A DNA stretch of 62,295 nt, the filler included, from Basidioascus undulatus (taxonomy: Eukaryota): assembly GCA_000826855.1 (NCBI GenBank). It is 6 parts of 6 records of this genome, joined end to end, with 100 filler letters (N's around TTAATTAATTAA, not from the genome) between each part and the next. Parts side by side here need not be neighbours in the genome. Positions count along the whole stretch, not along the records: positions 52,038 to 62,295 come from JTLS01001151.1; 5 more parts are not named here. One strand, given 5' to 3'. Positions 62,229 to 62,295 of this stretch are shown piece after piece. The notes below the pieces were generated by a model. That model worked only from the letters and a program-made list of their open reading frames with translations, had not been told where the DNA came from and searched no databases. A program made the translations under genes and the position numbers. Each line of letters opens with the position of its first letter. The first letter of the stretch is position 1.

Positions 62229-62295
62229 GGAAGACGAGGAGGGCAGGTTTGGTGTCGGATAAGGAAGGGAAGGGAAGCCCGACTGCTGCTGCTGC

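Overview
Eukaryotic, GC-rich, intron-dense fungal DNA (basidiomycete-like; GTGCGT/GTGAGT/GTACGT donors, CTGAC/CTAAC branch points, 50-90 nt introns). The window is not one locus. It is six ~10.3 kb contigs in decreasing length order (10320, 10313, 10306, 10305, 10293, >=10258 nt) joined by artificial N44-TTAATTAATTAA-N44 spacers, so genes on different contigs are not neighbours. Recognisable genes: OSCA/CSC1 channel, RNI-like LRR protein, glucosidase I (CWH41, partial), PHO81/NUC-2-like (partial), Mtr-type amino acid permease, AhpC/TSA-like protein, complex I 14 kDa subunit, PUS1, RMND1/DUF155 (partial), AXL2-like (partial), lysophospholipase, STT3 (partial), SEC4/Rab8 (partial), NIC96, a GPI-type Cys-rich protein and a BRCT-like + zinc-finger protein. 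There is also a GT15 (KRE2/KTR) pseudogene and several decayed regions. The most striking signal is splicing architecture: hand-reconstructed micro-exons of 3-13 nt, including a 3-nt TGA exon between two GC-AG introns, plus several GC donors. All family assignments are from recognised motifs, with no database searches. I found no rRNA, tRNA, CRISPR array or intact transposon, and no firm evidence of a wholly new biological system; the findings are candidates to test.
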